Shown here: in pieces, positions 1 through 10,634 of the stretch
Layout: every line of letters begins with the position of its first letter
Numbering within the stretch: the stretch's first letter is position 1
Assembly (NCBI GenBank): GCA_965216565.1
Contig: OZ244170.1
Coordinates: 1,984,001-2,048,000 of the forward strand
Source of the DNA: Bythopirellula sp.
Lineage (GTDB): Bacteria; Planctomycetota; Planctomycetia; Pirellulales; Lacipirellulaceae
Direction: 5' to 3'
Length of the DNA: 64,000 nucleotides
The notes under the pieces: model-generated
Databases searched by the model: none
The model's input: the letters and a program-made list of their open reading frames with translations, nothing else
What the model was told of the DNA's origin: nothing
Program-made: the position numbers and the translations under genes

Positions 1-2
1 TA

Positions 3-626
3 TCGGAACAGGCGGCATTGCGCGAAGCTGCATGCTTTCGGGTGCAGGAAGAAAAGTGGCGACCTTGGATTCCTAACGTCCACGCTGGCGCCAGTGGTGG
101 TGGGTTTGGCGGCGGCGTGTCCACGGACTTTCCGTCGGCATCCAGCCGAAGTGATGTCGACCTACTCGCAGTGTGGGAATGGGAAAATCTAGGCCTCGGC
201 AACGTGGCCCTGCAACGTCAGCGGCGAGGTGAATTGCACGAACGTTCGTTGGAACTCGAAGTCGTACGCGAAAGGATTGCCGCGGAAGTTGTGGCAGCCG
301 TAGCAGACATCAATAGTTACCGGACCCAGATGCAACTTGCGCAAGAGTCCATCGTGGCAGCCCAAGAGAGCTACACCCTCAATAAGCAACGCATCCGTGC
401 GGGCGAGGGCCTGCCAATCGAACTCTTGCAATCAATCTCTGCTTTGGCAGAATCGCAAATCGCTTACACTTCTGCCGTAGCCAACTTCAACCGGGCTCAG
501 TATCGCCTTCTACGCGCCATGGGTTCTCCTGCCGGCGTACCAGCGGAGAACATGGAAAGCTTGCCGGAGGTCGCCGCGCAAGCTTCCTACCCACCGCCAC
601 CAACGGACCAAGGGCAGACTCTCTAG
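3..626 (+). CDS. TolC/outer-membrane efflux family protein, C-terminal part (5' truncated by the window edge)
   Basis: Open frame from the window start. OEP-like helical repeats (AQESYTLNKQRIRAGEGLPIELLQS, AYTSAVANFNRAQYRLLRAMG). Confidence 0.75.
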   Translation, partial: SEQAALREAACFRVQEEKWRPWIPNVHAGASGGGFGGGVSTDFPSASSRSDVDLLAVWEWENLGLGNVALQRQRRGELHERSLELEVVRERIAAEVVAAVADINSYRTQMQLAQESIVAAQESYTLNKQRIRAGEGLPIELLQSISALAESQIAYTSAVANFNRAQYRLLRAMGSPAGVPAENMESLPEVAAQASYPPPPTDQGQTL

Positions 627-736
627 AGTGTGTCCAAATTCGATGTAGCGGGATTCACTAGAATTCCGGATTCTGATTTGCCTAGGAGTCTGGGTGGCTG
701 AATTCTTGCGAATCCAGCTACTGTGCCACGCTCTAG
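623..736. repeat. REP/MITE-like nested inverted repeat
   Basis: Outer arms CTAGAGTGTG...CACGCTCTAG. Inner arms GTAGCGGGATTCACTAGAATTC (645-666) and GAATTCTTGCGAATCCAGCTAC (700-721). Confidence 0.65.
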
Positions 737-989
737 TCCTCTCTTTGGGCCCTCAAACCGCTTGGCGAATCCTCTCTCGCTAGCCAAAATAGCGGTATTC
801 CGCCGAGCGACGGCAATTCGTCAATTGCCCAATTGCGCTTAGATTTCTGGGCTTATGGGCTGCTTTTTGCCCTATTTGGCACTTTTTGGCCGTGATCTGG
901 GTTTTCTCATACCAATCCGTTGTTCGGCGCGCCTTACAAATAAAGCAACGATGCGACGAGGGGCCCCCCCGAAAAGGGTGGTGGCAAAC

Positions 990-1565
990 ATGACCGGGAG
1001 CGAGTCAGAATTTGAAGACCCAGACGAGGGTTCGCGATCCGATGCGAATCATCGAGATAGTTTCGCGAGACTTTTCGCCCAACACGATCGCTGGCTCTTT
1101 TCGTATTTGGTCACGCTGCTGGGAAGTCCCTCTCAAGCTGAGGAAGTTTTTCAAGAAGTTTGTGTAGTGCTGTGGCGAGAGTTGGAAACGTTTGAGCTAG
1201 GCACCGACTTTGTGAAATGGGTGGCAGTGATTGCTCACAATCAAGTCCGCAAGTACCGCCGCAACAATAAGAAGGCTGGTTTTCAACTTAACGAAGAGAC
1301 TTTCGACTACGTGGCAAAAGTCGCAGTGAACCGGGCCGATCTGTTTGACTACCGACGTGACGCGTTGCGAATGTGCTTAGACAAGCTTGCTCCCGAAGAC
1401 CGCCATTTAATTCGACAGTGCTACAACGAGAGTAGCTCCAATTTCAAAACCGTGGCCAATCACCTGGATCGTCCAGTGAATACCGTTTACAAAGCCTTGA
1501 ACCGCATTCGTCGATCGCTCCATGAGTGTATCGACCGCAGACTTTCGTCGGAGGGCATTCAATGA
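990..1565 (+). CDS. ECF sigma-70 factor (planctomycete/verrucomicrobial type)
   Basis: Region 2 AEEVFQEVCVVLW...FVKWVAVIAHNQV and region 4 CLDKL...TVYKALNRIRRSLHECI. ATG at 990 preferred. Confidence 0.9.
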   Translation: MTGSESEFEDPDEGSRSDANHRDSFARLFAQHDRWLFSYLVTLLGSPSQAEEVFQEVCVVLWRELETFELGTDFVKWVAVIAHNQVRKYRRNNKKAGFQLNEETFDYVAKVAVNRADLFDYRRDALRMCLDKLAPEDRHLIRQCYNESSSNFKTVANHLDRPVNTVYKALNRIRRSLHECIDRRLSSEGIQ

Positions 1566-3457
1566 CCTACGCGGCGAAGAAACAACGGCTGCTGAGAGTG
1601 CTCGGTGATTTGTGCAACGAGCAGATTTCAGACCAAGACGGCGCGTGGCTTCAGGAATTGCTGCTGACCGACGTCGAAGCTCAGCGTCTTTATATCGACT
1701 ATCTGGCTATGCATGGTTCGCTGCATGCCGAGTGTGCTTCGCTACATACCGCTGGCCCCCATGAAGCGACGCCACAATCACTAACAGGTCTCCCTGGAAA
1801 TGACTTACCGAGAATCGACGAACTGGCCGCCGCCGATCAGATGCTGCCCCTGACTGGGCTTGCCGATGACTCTCAACAGCGGAACTACGACGATTCTTCT
1901 TTCCGTACACAACGCTCTATTCAGCTACCGATGGGCTGGGCCCTAGCGGCAGCTTTGTTGGGCATTGCCCTGTTTTCCAGCCTATTGACGTTCTTCGTGG
2001 CGCAGCAATTCTCCAGTAAGGATCTCGCGGCCCATCAGAATCAGGAAAATGGTTCGCAACGCGTCGCCAGGATTACCGGTACGCAAAACTGTTTGTGGCG
2101 AAACTCGGCCGCTCCCATTGGCTACGGCTCAGACTTGGTTACAGGCCAGCGTCTGGAACTCCAAGAGGGCATCGCTGAGATTACGTTTGAGGACGGCGCC
2201 ACTGTGTTGGTTGAAAGCCCGGCATCGTTTTCTGTGAATGCCCCGCACGAAGTCGACTTGCACTCCGGTCGTATGGCGGCCGTCGTGCCCCAAAAATCTC
2301 GCGGCTTCCGAGTTCATACTCGCACCCTCGATATTTTTGACGTGGGTACCGAGTTTGGATTGCTGGCTCAGGAATCGGGTTCGGCAGAGCTGCACGTCTT
2401 TAATGGATTTGTGAAAGCCGACGTGCTCGACTCCTCGGGCAAACGACATTCGCAGCTTGAACTGAATGCATCGCAAGCCGCACGGGTAAATCCCGTGGCG
2501 ACGACGGTCACCGAATTCCCTGCCAACAAGGCGGCGTTTGTCCGCAGCATGATTCCCTCCTCGGGACCGCAAAACGGTTTGTTCGCTTACGAGGGCTTCG
2601 ACTATCCGGCGGGTCCGCTGGCCGCACAAAACGGAGGCTTCGGCTGGGCGGGTCCTTGGTTCGATCTGGAGGCCGATTTAGAGTCGGATCCCCACTCCAA
2701 CAGCGTCGCCTCGGGTAGCTTGGCCGTAGAAGCAATCGTGCCCCTCGGCAATCACGCCTCGCAAAAAGCACAGCGCAATCGTATTCGTCGCTCACTCGGA
2801 ACTTCAGTGGGGGCTGTTTTCGATACCGCAGGCCTCGTCGAAAACCAGGATGGCGTCCGGCTGGTGGGCCAAGATGGCAAAGAGGTTTATCTGAGCTTTC
2901 TGCAGAGAGTCTCCAAACCTAACGACGGTTTCTACGGATTGGAGTTACACCGTGGTGACGGCAACGCCAACCGCGTGCTGTGCATCGGCAACGGCGCCGA
3001 TGGCGCCGGCTATGGTGCGACTTCCAATGTAAACGTCTACGGACCACAGAATTTCCCGTCATTAGGTGCGGAAAATACCGAGGCGAACTTCTTTGTGGTT
3101 AAAATATCGTTTGGAATAGAGAATCGTGATACTGTAGAGGTTTACCGGAACCCCGAGTCACTCCGTGACGAGTCAGCCTGTCAGGCCGATGCTGTGCTGA
3201 AGGGCAACTTTGCCTTCGACCGCATTAGCTTTGGCAACTTCGATGGCGACAAAGTTCACGACATCGACGAAGTCCGTGTCGGCACCCATTTCCTAGCGGT
3301 CACAGGCCGATGGGGAGGAGATCGCGGCGGCAGAACTATTCGTAGAATTACTCATCGCTTACCCAATTCGAATCAACACCAAGTCCCAACGCTGGATCGG
3401 TTGCCTGGCGACAGTCGCTACATCCTATTCTCGGCCGCGGGTACGTCGGTTTTTTAA
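1562..3457 (+). CDS. FecR-domain anti-sigma factor with C-terminal extracytoplasmic beta-sandwich domain
   Basis: ATGA overlap with the sigma stop. N-terminal LGDLC...YIDYLAMH, one TM helix, FecR motifs LQEGIAEITFEDGA and DVGTEFG...LHVFNG. Confidence 0.85.
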   Translation: MTYAAKKQRLLRVLGDLCNEQISDQDGAWLQELLLTDVEAQRLYIDYLAMHGSLHAECASLHTAGPHEATPQSLTGLPGNDLPRIDELAAADQMLPLTGLADDSQQRNYDDSSFRTQRSIQLPMGWALAAALLGIALFSSLLTFFVAQQFSSKDLAAHQNQENGSQRVARITGTQNCLWRNSAAPIGYGSDLVTGQRLELQEGIAEITFEDGATVLVESPASFSVNAPHEVDLHSGRMAAVVPQKSRGFRVHTRTLDIFDVGTEFGLLAQESGSAELHVFNGFVKADVLDSSGKRHSQLELNASQAARVNPVATTVTEFPANKAAFVRSMIPSSGPQNGLFAYEGFDYPAGPLAAQNGGFGWAGPWFDLEADLESDPHSNSVASGSLAVEAIVPLGNHASQKAQRNRIRRSLGTSVGAVFDTAGLVENQDGVRLVGQDGKEVYLSFLQRVSKPNDGFYGLELHRGDGNANRVLCIGNGADGAGYGATSNVNVYGPQNFPSLGAENTEANFFVVKISFGIENRDTVEVYRNPESLRDESACQADAVLKGNFAFDRISFGNFDGDKVHDIDEVRVGTHFLAVTGRWGGDRGGRTIRRITHRLPNSNQHQVPTLDRLPGDSRYILFSAAGTSVF

Positions 3458-3654
3458 TAATCGTTCGATTGACTTACTTTGATTTTTTGTTTTGTTGAAC
3501 AGACATTTATGGACTAAAGCTCATCAGAGATCTCTGAGCTTTCGTCTTACGAATTTACTAGCAGAGCCTTCTTCACATTGTGGCGTCGGTCTTGCTCTTT
3601 AGTTTTGATGTTTGTTTTATTCAGAGGGATTCTTATTCCGGGAGGAAAAGACTA

Positions 3655-4623
3655 ATGAAGAAAGTTTTATGTACGCTCGCCATCGCGTTGATGGCGACAC
3701 CTGCATTTGCACAGCCAACGGTAGACGGCACTAGAGATGCTGCCTACGGCGGTGCGCTTGCTGTTCAAACAGTGAACACCGAATTTGGAAACTCTAGCGG
3801 CGGCTTAACAGGCGGTGGCGAACTGGACGCAGGTTACGCCGTTGTCGATAGCGGAAGACTGTATGTCATGCTGACTGGAAACGTTGAAAACAACTTCAAC
3901 AAAGTTAGCGTATTTATCGATTCCAAGCCGGGTGGCGAAAACGTTCTATCCGGTGGTCCAGCTTACGATTTTGGCAATGTTAGCCAGAACTTTGCTGGTC
4001 TGACTTTCGACAACGGTTTCGAAGCCGATTACCACGTTTTCGGTCGGTGGGGTGGCGCTAATGGCAACACCTTCGAAGTCGATATCGTTGACCGAGACGG
4101 CGGCAGTTGTGGCGGAAGCTGCAATGGAGACTTCGGTGCTGCTAGTAGCGGTGCTGGAACTGCCATTCAGTCCGGTAGTGCTTTGGGCAACGGAGCCGGT
4201 ACAACCTCATACCTGACGTCGGCACTCGACTTTGGTTTTAATAACACGAACAGCGGTGGTGTTGATGGTGGCTCGGGTGCTGCTGATCCCAATGCGGCTG
4301 CTGCAGTGACGACTGGTTTTGAATTCTCCGTGGCTCTTGCCGACATCGGCAACCCAGGCCCTGGCGACGTGATCAAGATCCACGCTGCTTATGGCAACGG
4401 GGACAACAATTTCCATTCCAACCAGATTCTTGGTGGGCTCCCTGCTCCCCAAGGCAACCTGGGTGGTGATGGTTCAGGTGGTTTCACTGGAAACCTAGGT
4501 GGAATCGATTTCAACAATTTCGCTGGAGATCAGTTCTTCACCATTGGTGTGCCTGAACCAGCCACACTGGCGCTTGCCGGTTTGGCACTATGCGGAATGC
4601 TTTCGACACGTCGTCGTGACTAG
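3655..4623 (+). CDS. Non-catalytic PEP-CTERM surface protein (possible DOMON/CBM9-like fold), paralog of 10635-12230
   Basis: GGAGGA RBS, signal peptide (TPAFA-Q), C-terminal VPEPATLALAGL...RRRD. Confidence 0.8.
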   Translation: MKKVLCTLAIALMATPAFAQPTVDGTRDAAYGGALAVQTVNTEFGNSSGGLTGGGELDAGYAVVDSGRLYVMLTGNVENNFNKVSVFIDSKPGGENVLSGGPAYDFGNVSQNFAGLTFDNGFEADYHVFGRWGGANGNTFEVDIVDRDGGSCGGSCNGDFGAASSGAGTAIQSGSALGNGAGTTSYLTSALDFGFNNTNSGGVDGGSGAADPNAAAAVTTGFEFSVALADIGNPGPGDVIKIHAAYGNGDNNFHSNQILGGLPAPQGNLGGDGSGGFTGNLGGIDFNNFAGDQFFTIGVPEPATLALAGLALCGMLSTRRRD

Positions 4624-4660
4624 TCGAAGCATCCCTGAGGACGATTTAGAAGTGTAGTTT

Positions 4661-4726
4661 GTTGGGGCTGTCGCCGTATCGCTCGTCTGGTCTACCCCGA
4701 CCTGCGAGCGGCCGGCGGCCGCCAAC
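4661..4726. repeat. Long GC-rich intergenic hairpin
   Basis: GTTGG...CCAAC outer stem, apical GGTC-TACCCC-GACC (4689-4702). Confidence 0.55.
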
Positions 4727-4774
4727 ACTACCATCACTAAACAACACGATTAGGGATATTGAGAGATAACGATC

Positions 4775-5836
4775 ATGCTTATCCGTCGTAACGAAAACGA
4801 ATCTCGTGGCTTCACGCTTGTGGAACTATTAGTAGTGATTGCAATCATCGGGGTGCTAGTGGCATTGCTGCTCCCAGCCGTTCAGGCAGCCCGAGAAGCG
4901 GCACGCCGGATTAGCTGTTCAAACAATCTTAAGCAAGTCGGCTTAGCGATCATCAACTATACAGATTCAAACAGTGGAGAAATTCCCTATAGCGTCACCA
5001 TGTGGGGCTTCCACGACGAGCGGCCGGATAACGAACGCACTGTGGCTGGCAGCAACGGTGGACCAGGATATTCAGGTCGAGGCTGGATTGTTCAAATTCT
5101 GCCGCAGCTCGAACAGCAAGCTATGTACGACATTATCCAGGAGGGTATTGAAGCCTCCAATGGTGCCGAATTCTCTTTAGGAACTCGCCGAGGCGGAAAG
5201 GGAATGGCCCACAAGATCATTCTTCCAGTGATCGGGAACCAACTCGATGCCTTATCCTGTGCATCCGATGCATCAGCCGTCCCCAGTAATGAACAATATT
5301 TTTGGTTCCCGAAAGACGAACTGTTCGTCGCCACCACCAGTTACAAGGGAGTCATGGGCGACAATGTGCTCTGGACTGGTGAGGGAGGCCATCCCGACGG
5401 AACATCGCACGACTTCTCCCACGCCAATGGATTCGGTTCGCTACCCGACTGTCATTCCTTGTCAGAGTACCAACCCTGCAACGGATCTTTTTGGCGGATG
5501 GCGTTTATGGATCCCGTAAAGCTTAGGCAGTACACCGACGGGACGAGCAATACTTTTCTAGTGGGCGAGGGAGTCGTTTCGCAAGACTTCCATAGCGCAG
5601 CCTATTTTGCCGACGGAGACTGGGCTACCTGCAGCATCCCACTGAATTACTTTACCTCGGAAGAAGAAGCCAAAGATGTTTGGTACAAGGCTCGCGGTTT
5701 TAAGAGCCTTCATCCCGGTGGTGCCCAGTTTGTCTACGCAGACGGTTCGGTTCACTTCGTACAAGAAGCGATCGAGCGTCTCGTTTATCGTGCGTACGCT
5801 ACACGAAACGGCGAGGAAGTGGTCTCGCAGAATTAG
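4775..5836 (+). CDS. DUF1559 prepilin-type N-terminal cleavage/methylation protein with H-X9-DG motif
   Basis: [54 protein letters not shown]. Confidence 0.95.
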   Translation: MLIRRNENESRGFTLVELLVVIAIIGVLVALLLPAVQAAREAARRISCSNNLKQVGLAIINYTDSNSGEIPYSVTMWGFHDERPDNERTVAGSNGGPGYSGRGWIVQILPQLEQQAMYDIIQEGIEASNGAEFSLGTRRGGKGMAHKIILPVIGNQLDALSCASDASAVPSNEQYFWFPKDELFVATTSYKGVMGDNVLWTGEGGHPDGTSHDFSHANGFGSLPDCHSLSEYQPCNGSFWRMAFMDPVKLRQYTDGTSNTFLVGEGVVSQDFHSAAYFADGDWATCSIPLNYFTSEEEAKDVWYKARGFKSLHPGGAQFVYADGSVHFVQEAIERLVYRAYATRNGEEVVSQN

Positions 5837-5889
5837 TCTCTTAGTACTCTCTTACTAAAGAACTTTTTTCCACTCGAAACTGAATAATA

Positions 5890-6546
5890 ATGAAAACACG
5901 GTTTTTACTTATAGCGAATGTTTGCGTATGCTCGATCCTACTCTCTAGTTTGTTAGGGTGTAGTTCTGGCAATGAAAACGCAGCCCAGGTGCAGGGGACT
6001 GTCACTATCGATGGGCAATTAGCCCGTACGGGGACCGTCACATTCCATTCCAAAGATGGTCATCCCCTGAGCTACGGAGCCATCGGAAAAGACGGAACGT
6101 TCGCCCTCCGCATCGGCCAGGGCAACAAGAGTAATCCCAACTACAACGATATCCCCCCGGGCGACTACGTCGCGACGGTCACAGTCCGTGGCCCGTCCAT
6201 CGAAGATCCGAATGCGGATCCAGGCGCTCCGCCCATGGCTGGGCCTTTGCTGATTGCTCGCAAATACACTAGCAAAGATTCGTCTGACTTGAGCTACAAA
6301 ATCAAGACCGGCCTGAACCCCATCACCATTGCCCTAGAGCGGCCATCGCCTGAGGACGCAAACGAAGAGGAAAGTGAATCCTCGGACGTGGAGGAAGCTT
6401 CGGAAGAAGATGAAGAATTGAGCGAGACCGAGCAGACGGTTGATGAGATTCTTAATCAAGCGGATTCCGACGACAAGACTCAGGACAACGATTCAGCAAA
6501 AACGGACTCTCCGAGCGACAGCTCACTGCAGGAGGAAGCTCAGTGA
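5890..6546 (+). CDS. Lipoprotein, DUF1559-associated carboxypeptidase-regulatory-like domain, acidic tail
   Basis: Lipobox LLGC, VQGTVTIDGQ...G.VTF, IPPGDYVATV. Confidence 0.75.
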   Translation: MKTRFLLIANVCVCSILLSSLLGCSSGNENAAQVQGTVTIDGQLARTGTVTFHSKDGHPLSYGAIGKDGTFALRIGQGNKSNPNYNDIPPGDYVATVTVRGPSIEDPNADPGAPPMAGPLLIARKYTSKDSSDLSYKIKTGLNPITIALERPSPEDANEEESESSDVEEASEEDEELSETEQTVDEILNQADSDDKTQDNDSAKTDSPSDSSLQEEAQ

Positions 6547-7019
6547 CTCCCTCAAGGCGGAAATACGGACTACAGAAAACGCTCGGCGCAGTGCTTGCGA
6601 TGATGGCCTGTCTCGGTTGCGGAGGAACTTACGATTCCTACGTTTCGGGACTAGCAACTCTTGATGGGACACCGCTGACGCGAGGCACAGTCACTTTTAT
6701 GCCGGATGGCCCCGGCCCAACCGCGTATGGTTCGATCGATGGTGAGGGATACTATACCGTGAAGACCGGTCGCGAAGAGGGATTGCCCCCCGGGCAGTAC
6801 ACGGTGACTATTGTGGCGAAAGAAGATTCGATTCCCGACACCTCGGGACGAGGCATGCCACCAAAAGCTGGCAAGAACATCACTCCCCTATGGTATGCGT
6901 CCAAGAACAGTTCCGGTTTGAACTTTACCGTTGAATCGGGCTCAAACGACATCAATCTCGAGCTGAGTTCGGAACCTCCGCCCGACTGGAAACCTGCAGG
7001 AAAGCGGCGTCGCCGTTAA
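6543..7019 (+). CDS. Lipoprotein, DUF1559-associated carboxypeptidase-regulatory-like domain
   Basis: Lipobox CLGC, VSGLATLDGTPL, GLPPGQYTVTI. GTGA overlap with the upstream stop. Confidence 0.8.
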   Translation: MTPSRRKYGLQKTLGAVLAMMACLGCGGTYDSYVSGLATLDGTPLTRGTVTFMPDGPGPTAYGSIDGEGYYTVKTGREEGLPPGQYTVTIVAKEDSIPDTSGRGMPPKAGKNITPLWYASKNSSGLNFTVESGSNDINLELSSEPPPDWKPAGKRRRR

Positions 7020-7114
7020 CTTTCTGCGAGATAAAACGCAACGACTGTTTATCAATGAAGAGACAGGTCTTGCAAGAACCAATATGCGCCGACTGAGGCA
7101 TTTGATTAGGATTT

Positions 7115-10100
7115 ATGACGAATAGATTCAACACAACTCGATTTACGCAACTGGTCAGTAACGCCTCGCGATTACTGCTGGCAATAGCTACGGTTTGGCT
7201 GGCGCCCTTGGGCCCGTCGGCGAATGCTCAGGATGCTTCCTCGCCTGCTTACCTACAATTTTTCGAAGCTCGATGGGACACGATTGAAGAGCGGCAAGTC
7301 GACGTATTCAACACGGGCTATGGTGGAATGTGGTTGCCGCCTCCGACTCGAGCCGACAGCAGTAATTTTTCCGCCGGCTACGACCTGTTCGATCGCTTCG
7401 ATTTGGGCAGTCCGCGCAACGAAACTCTCTACGGCACCGAGGATGGTCTGAAGATATTGATTCAACAGGCGCACAAAGCCGGGGTCAATGTTGTTACCGA
7501 CTTAATCCTGAATCACAATGGTTTTAGCGACCTAAGCACTTCGGAATATCAAGGCAACGATCCCAACAACCCCGACCCCAATGACTTCGTGACGTTTGCC
7601 GAGAGTGGCGGCTACCCAGGTTTTGTGGTCACGCTGTCGGCCGAAGACGATCCTCAAGGGGTCGGCGCCATCGATGGAGATTTTCACAGCTCGTTCGCCG
7701 GGGGCGATCTGGATGGCAGGGTCTCCAATTTGATTGACATCGATCAGGACTCGGATCACCAATTCATTCGGCACCCAACAGTCCCCGGCAACCCGAATAA
7801 CATTCCCGCGGGCACGAAGGGAATTTTCGGGCGACCGCCGGCCAATCTACCCGACGCGAATAATGCTCGTTTCTATCCCGACCAGGCCAACGGAGGAAGA
7901 GTCTTTGACGTCGATCCCGGTCCCGGTGAGTTTTTGGTCACCCGTTACGATTTCAATACAGTAACTCCACTCGCTGGAGATCCCATCTTGGAGGATGCAG
8001 AGGATCTCACACTTCGGAGCGTTCAATGGATGGTGCAGGAAATTGGGGTCGACGGTTTTCGAATCGATGCGGCGAAACATTTCCCGCTCAACACGTTGAC
8101 GCTGCTCGATCAGAAGGTATTCGCAGCAAGCAAATACACCAACTTGGACGGAAGCATCAAGCCCATCTTCTCCTTCAGCGAAGTGCTGGATGGCAACACC
8201 GGTTTCGTGCAGAGCTTCATTAACAAATCGCTTTCCAATCCGCTCGCAATCGACCCCAACGATAACGTCGTGCGCGCCAACCGCGATGCGCTCGACTTCC
8301 CGCTTTCTTTTGCAATGCGTTTCAATTTGACCGATAACGGTTTTGCCAATAATTGGCACAACATCCGCCATGCCAGCCAAGATTTTCACGATGATGGGCT
8401 CATCAATGGCAGTTCGGGCGTTCAGTTCGTCAATAACCACGACGATCAAAATGGCGGCGCTGCTGGCGATGGCGCCCCGTTCCTCGACAAGGTGGCTCAT
8501 GCCTACATCTTAATGCGACCCGGCAATGCGGTGGTCTACTTCAACGCGGAGGAATTTGGTTCAGCGGAGTTCCGCGGCTTTCCCACCCACGGCACAGACG
8601 ACGCACTGGGCGGACCTTCTTCTGGCGACGCGGTTTCCACCTTGGTTGGCCTTCGTAACACCCACGGTCGGGGAAATTTCCATGAGCGTTGGATTGATGA
8701 CGCGTTCAATCCCAATGGCTTTTCAAATATTTACATCTACGAGCGTGAGGCTTCCGCAATCGTCGGGTTGAATAGTCGGAACGATACGTTTGTTGAAACT
8801 CGGTCGGGAGTCCAAACAGGCTTCGCCCCTGGCAGTATCTTGGTCGAGCTTACCGGCAATGCGACCGACCCGACGGTCGACCCTGGCAATTCCATCCCCG
8901 ACACGATCAAGGTAAATGGATCGGGACAGGTGAATGTAAGTATCCCCAGCAATGGCTCCCACGGGCGAGGCTACGTTGTCTACGGTCTGGCCCAACCGCA
9001 AGGTACTTTGTCGCTTACGAATGTTGCCTCGGTGCTAAGCGGTGGTACACCAACCGATCCGAACAATGGGACAGTCCGGCAAGGCGACATCCGCGTGATT
9101 CACAGCAATTCATTCGATGTGCAGCTAACGACGAATCCCGTGAGCCTCGTAAATCCTGACGATCCCAACACGATGGTCCGCGACGTACATGCCGACGGCG
9201 ACACTGCCTTGTTGCGAATTGACGAAGGCATGGATCTGAACAACATCGCTGGTTTCGACAATCCCACGCCTGGCAACATCGCTTACGGATTCGAAGATTT
9301 TACCGACACAAGAACGCCGGGCTACATCTGGGATGGGGCCACGAACATCGGTTCTGGAACCGGCACCTATGCACAAACGATCGATGCCACCCAGCTTTCC
9401 GAAGGCCAGCATCACATCACCGTGCGAACATTCCGCCATCGCAACTCTGGCACCGGTGGGGACGGCGGTCCTGCGATTTATACCGATTTCAAAGAGACCA
9501 TCTACGTCGATCGTTTGCCGCCCGAAGCAGCGGTCGTCAGCTTCGATCCCTTCGCCACCAGCCCCACGGTTCTAGACGATCGAGATTTGATTGTACAATC
9601 GACCGACTTAACAGCGGACAACATGCACCTATTTCTCGATCTACCTGAAGGCATGACCGATGCCCAGGTACTAGCCTTGGCACTTTCTGGCCAAAACGAT
9701 GCCGGCGAATATGATCGGGACAAATGGATTTTTGGTTTTACCGGAGTGACCACGGGCAACCATGTAGCGACCGTCGTCACATTCGAACAAACGTTCGACG
9801 GCACGAATGGATTCAACGTGCAGCGATTTCCCGGTTTCTTTACAGATACCGGCATTGGCGTCGGCTTTGGCGATCTCGATGCAGATAATTCGCTGGAAGT
9901 GGCCGATCTGCTGGGGACGTCGAACAACTCGTTCGAAGACGTACTCTATAGCCAGAACGCGGAGTTTAATGCGGCAGCCGACCTCGATGGAGACGGCGAT
10001 GTCGACAACCTGGACCTCTTCGCATTGGAATCCGAGCTAATTTCTTCCGGGGCAAGCCAATCGGTGCTCGACGCCTACGACGAATTACTCCTGGAGCGCG

Positions 10101-10555
10101 GAGACATTAACCAGGATGGTCAAACCAACGGCGACGACGTCATGGCCCTGCACCTAGCCTTTGGAACCAGCAATTGGCTGGAAGATTTGAATGTCGATGG
10201 CACCGTAGATTTGGGCGATGTGCAAACGCTTATCACAAACATCGCTCGCACCGTGAATGGTGACTTCGATTTGGATGGCGACGTCGACGGCGTCGATTTC
10301 CTTGCTTGGCAGATCGGCGCCAGCACTGCCGGTGCGGATTTCTACAGCCAAGGAGATGCGAACCTAGATGGCTCCGCCAATGGGGCCGACTTAGCGATCT
10401 GGAGTGGTTTATACGGTACCGTGGCAACCGGCGCAACGATCACCTCGAACGCAACGGTTGTCCCCGAGCCAAGTACTATGACTTTGATAAGTTTTGTTAT
10501 TGTTTCTTTGAACTTACGTTTTCGGAGTAGTCGCAACGCATACACAGCAGTGTAA
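7115..10555 (+). CDS. Secreted GH13 alpha-amylase with dockerin-like repeats and PEP-CTERM tail
   Basis: GH13 regions DLILNH, GFRIDAAKH, FSEVL, FVNNHD. GDxDxDG repeats. VPEPST tail. Confidence 0.9.
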   Translation: MTNRFNTTRFTQLVSNASRLLLAIATVWLAPLGPSANAQDASSPAYLQFFEARWDTIEERQVDVFNTGYGGMWLPPPTRADSSNFSAGYDLFDRFDLGSPRNETLYGTEDGLKILIQQAHKAGVNVVTDLILNHNGFSDLSTSEYQGNDPNNPDPNDFVTFAESGGYPGFVVTLSAEDDPQGVGAIDGDFHSSFAGGDLDGRVSNLIDIDQDSDHQFIRHPTVPGNPNNIPAGTKGIFGRPPANLPDANNARFYPDQANGGRVFDVDPGPGEFLVTRYDFNTVTPLAGDPILEDAEDLTLRSVQWMVQEIGVDGFRIDAAKHFPLNTLTLLDQKVFAASKYTNLDGSIKPIFSFSEVLDGNTGFVQSFINKSLSNPLAIDPNDNVVRANRDALDFPLSFAMRFNLTDNGFANNWHNIRHASQDFHDDGLINGSSGVQFVNNHDDQNGGAAGDGAPFLDKVAHAYILMRPGNAVVYFNAEEFGSAEFRGFPTHGTDDALGGPSSGDAVSTLVGLRNTHGRGNFHERWIDDAFNPNGFSNIYIYEREASAIVGLNSRNDTFVETRSGVQTGFAPGSILVELTGNATDPTVDPGNSIPDTIKVNGSGQVNVSIPSNGSHGRGYVVYGLAQPQGTLSLTNVASVLSGGTPTDPNNGTVRQGDIRVIHSNSFDVQLTTNPVSLVNPDDPNTMVRDVHADGDTALLRIDEGMDLNNIAGFDNPTPGNIAYGFEDFTDTRTPGYIWDGATNIGSGTGTYAQTIDATQLSEGQHHITVRTFRHRNSGTGGDGGPAIYTDFKETIYVDRLPPEAAVVSFDPFATSPTVLDDRDLIVQSTDLTADNMHLFLDLPEGMTDAQVLALALSGQNDAGEYDRDKWIFGFTGVTTGNHVATVVTFEQTFDGTNGFNVQRFPGFFTDTGIGVGFGDLDADNSLEVADLLGTSNNSFEDVLYSQNAEFNAAADLDGDGDVDNLDLFALESELISSGASQSVLDAYDELLLERGDINQDGQTNGDDVMALHLAFGTSNWLEDLNVDGTVDLGDVQTLITNIARTVNGDFDLDGDVDGVDFLAWQIGASTAGADFYSQGDANLDGSANGADLAIWSGLYGTVATGATITSNATVVPEPSTMTLISFVIVSLNLRFRSSRNAYTAV

Positions 10556-10634
10556 TTTTCAACGACAATTTGTCTTTTTTGAGTCGGTCGATCCTAATGG
10601 TCGCCGCCTACAAGTCTTGATGGAGGGTATTCTA

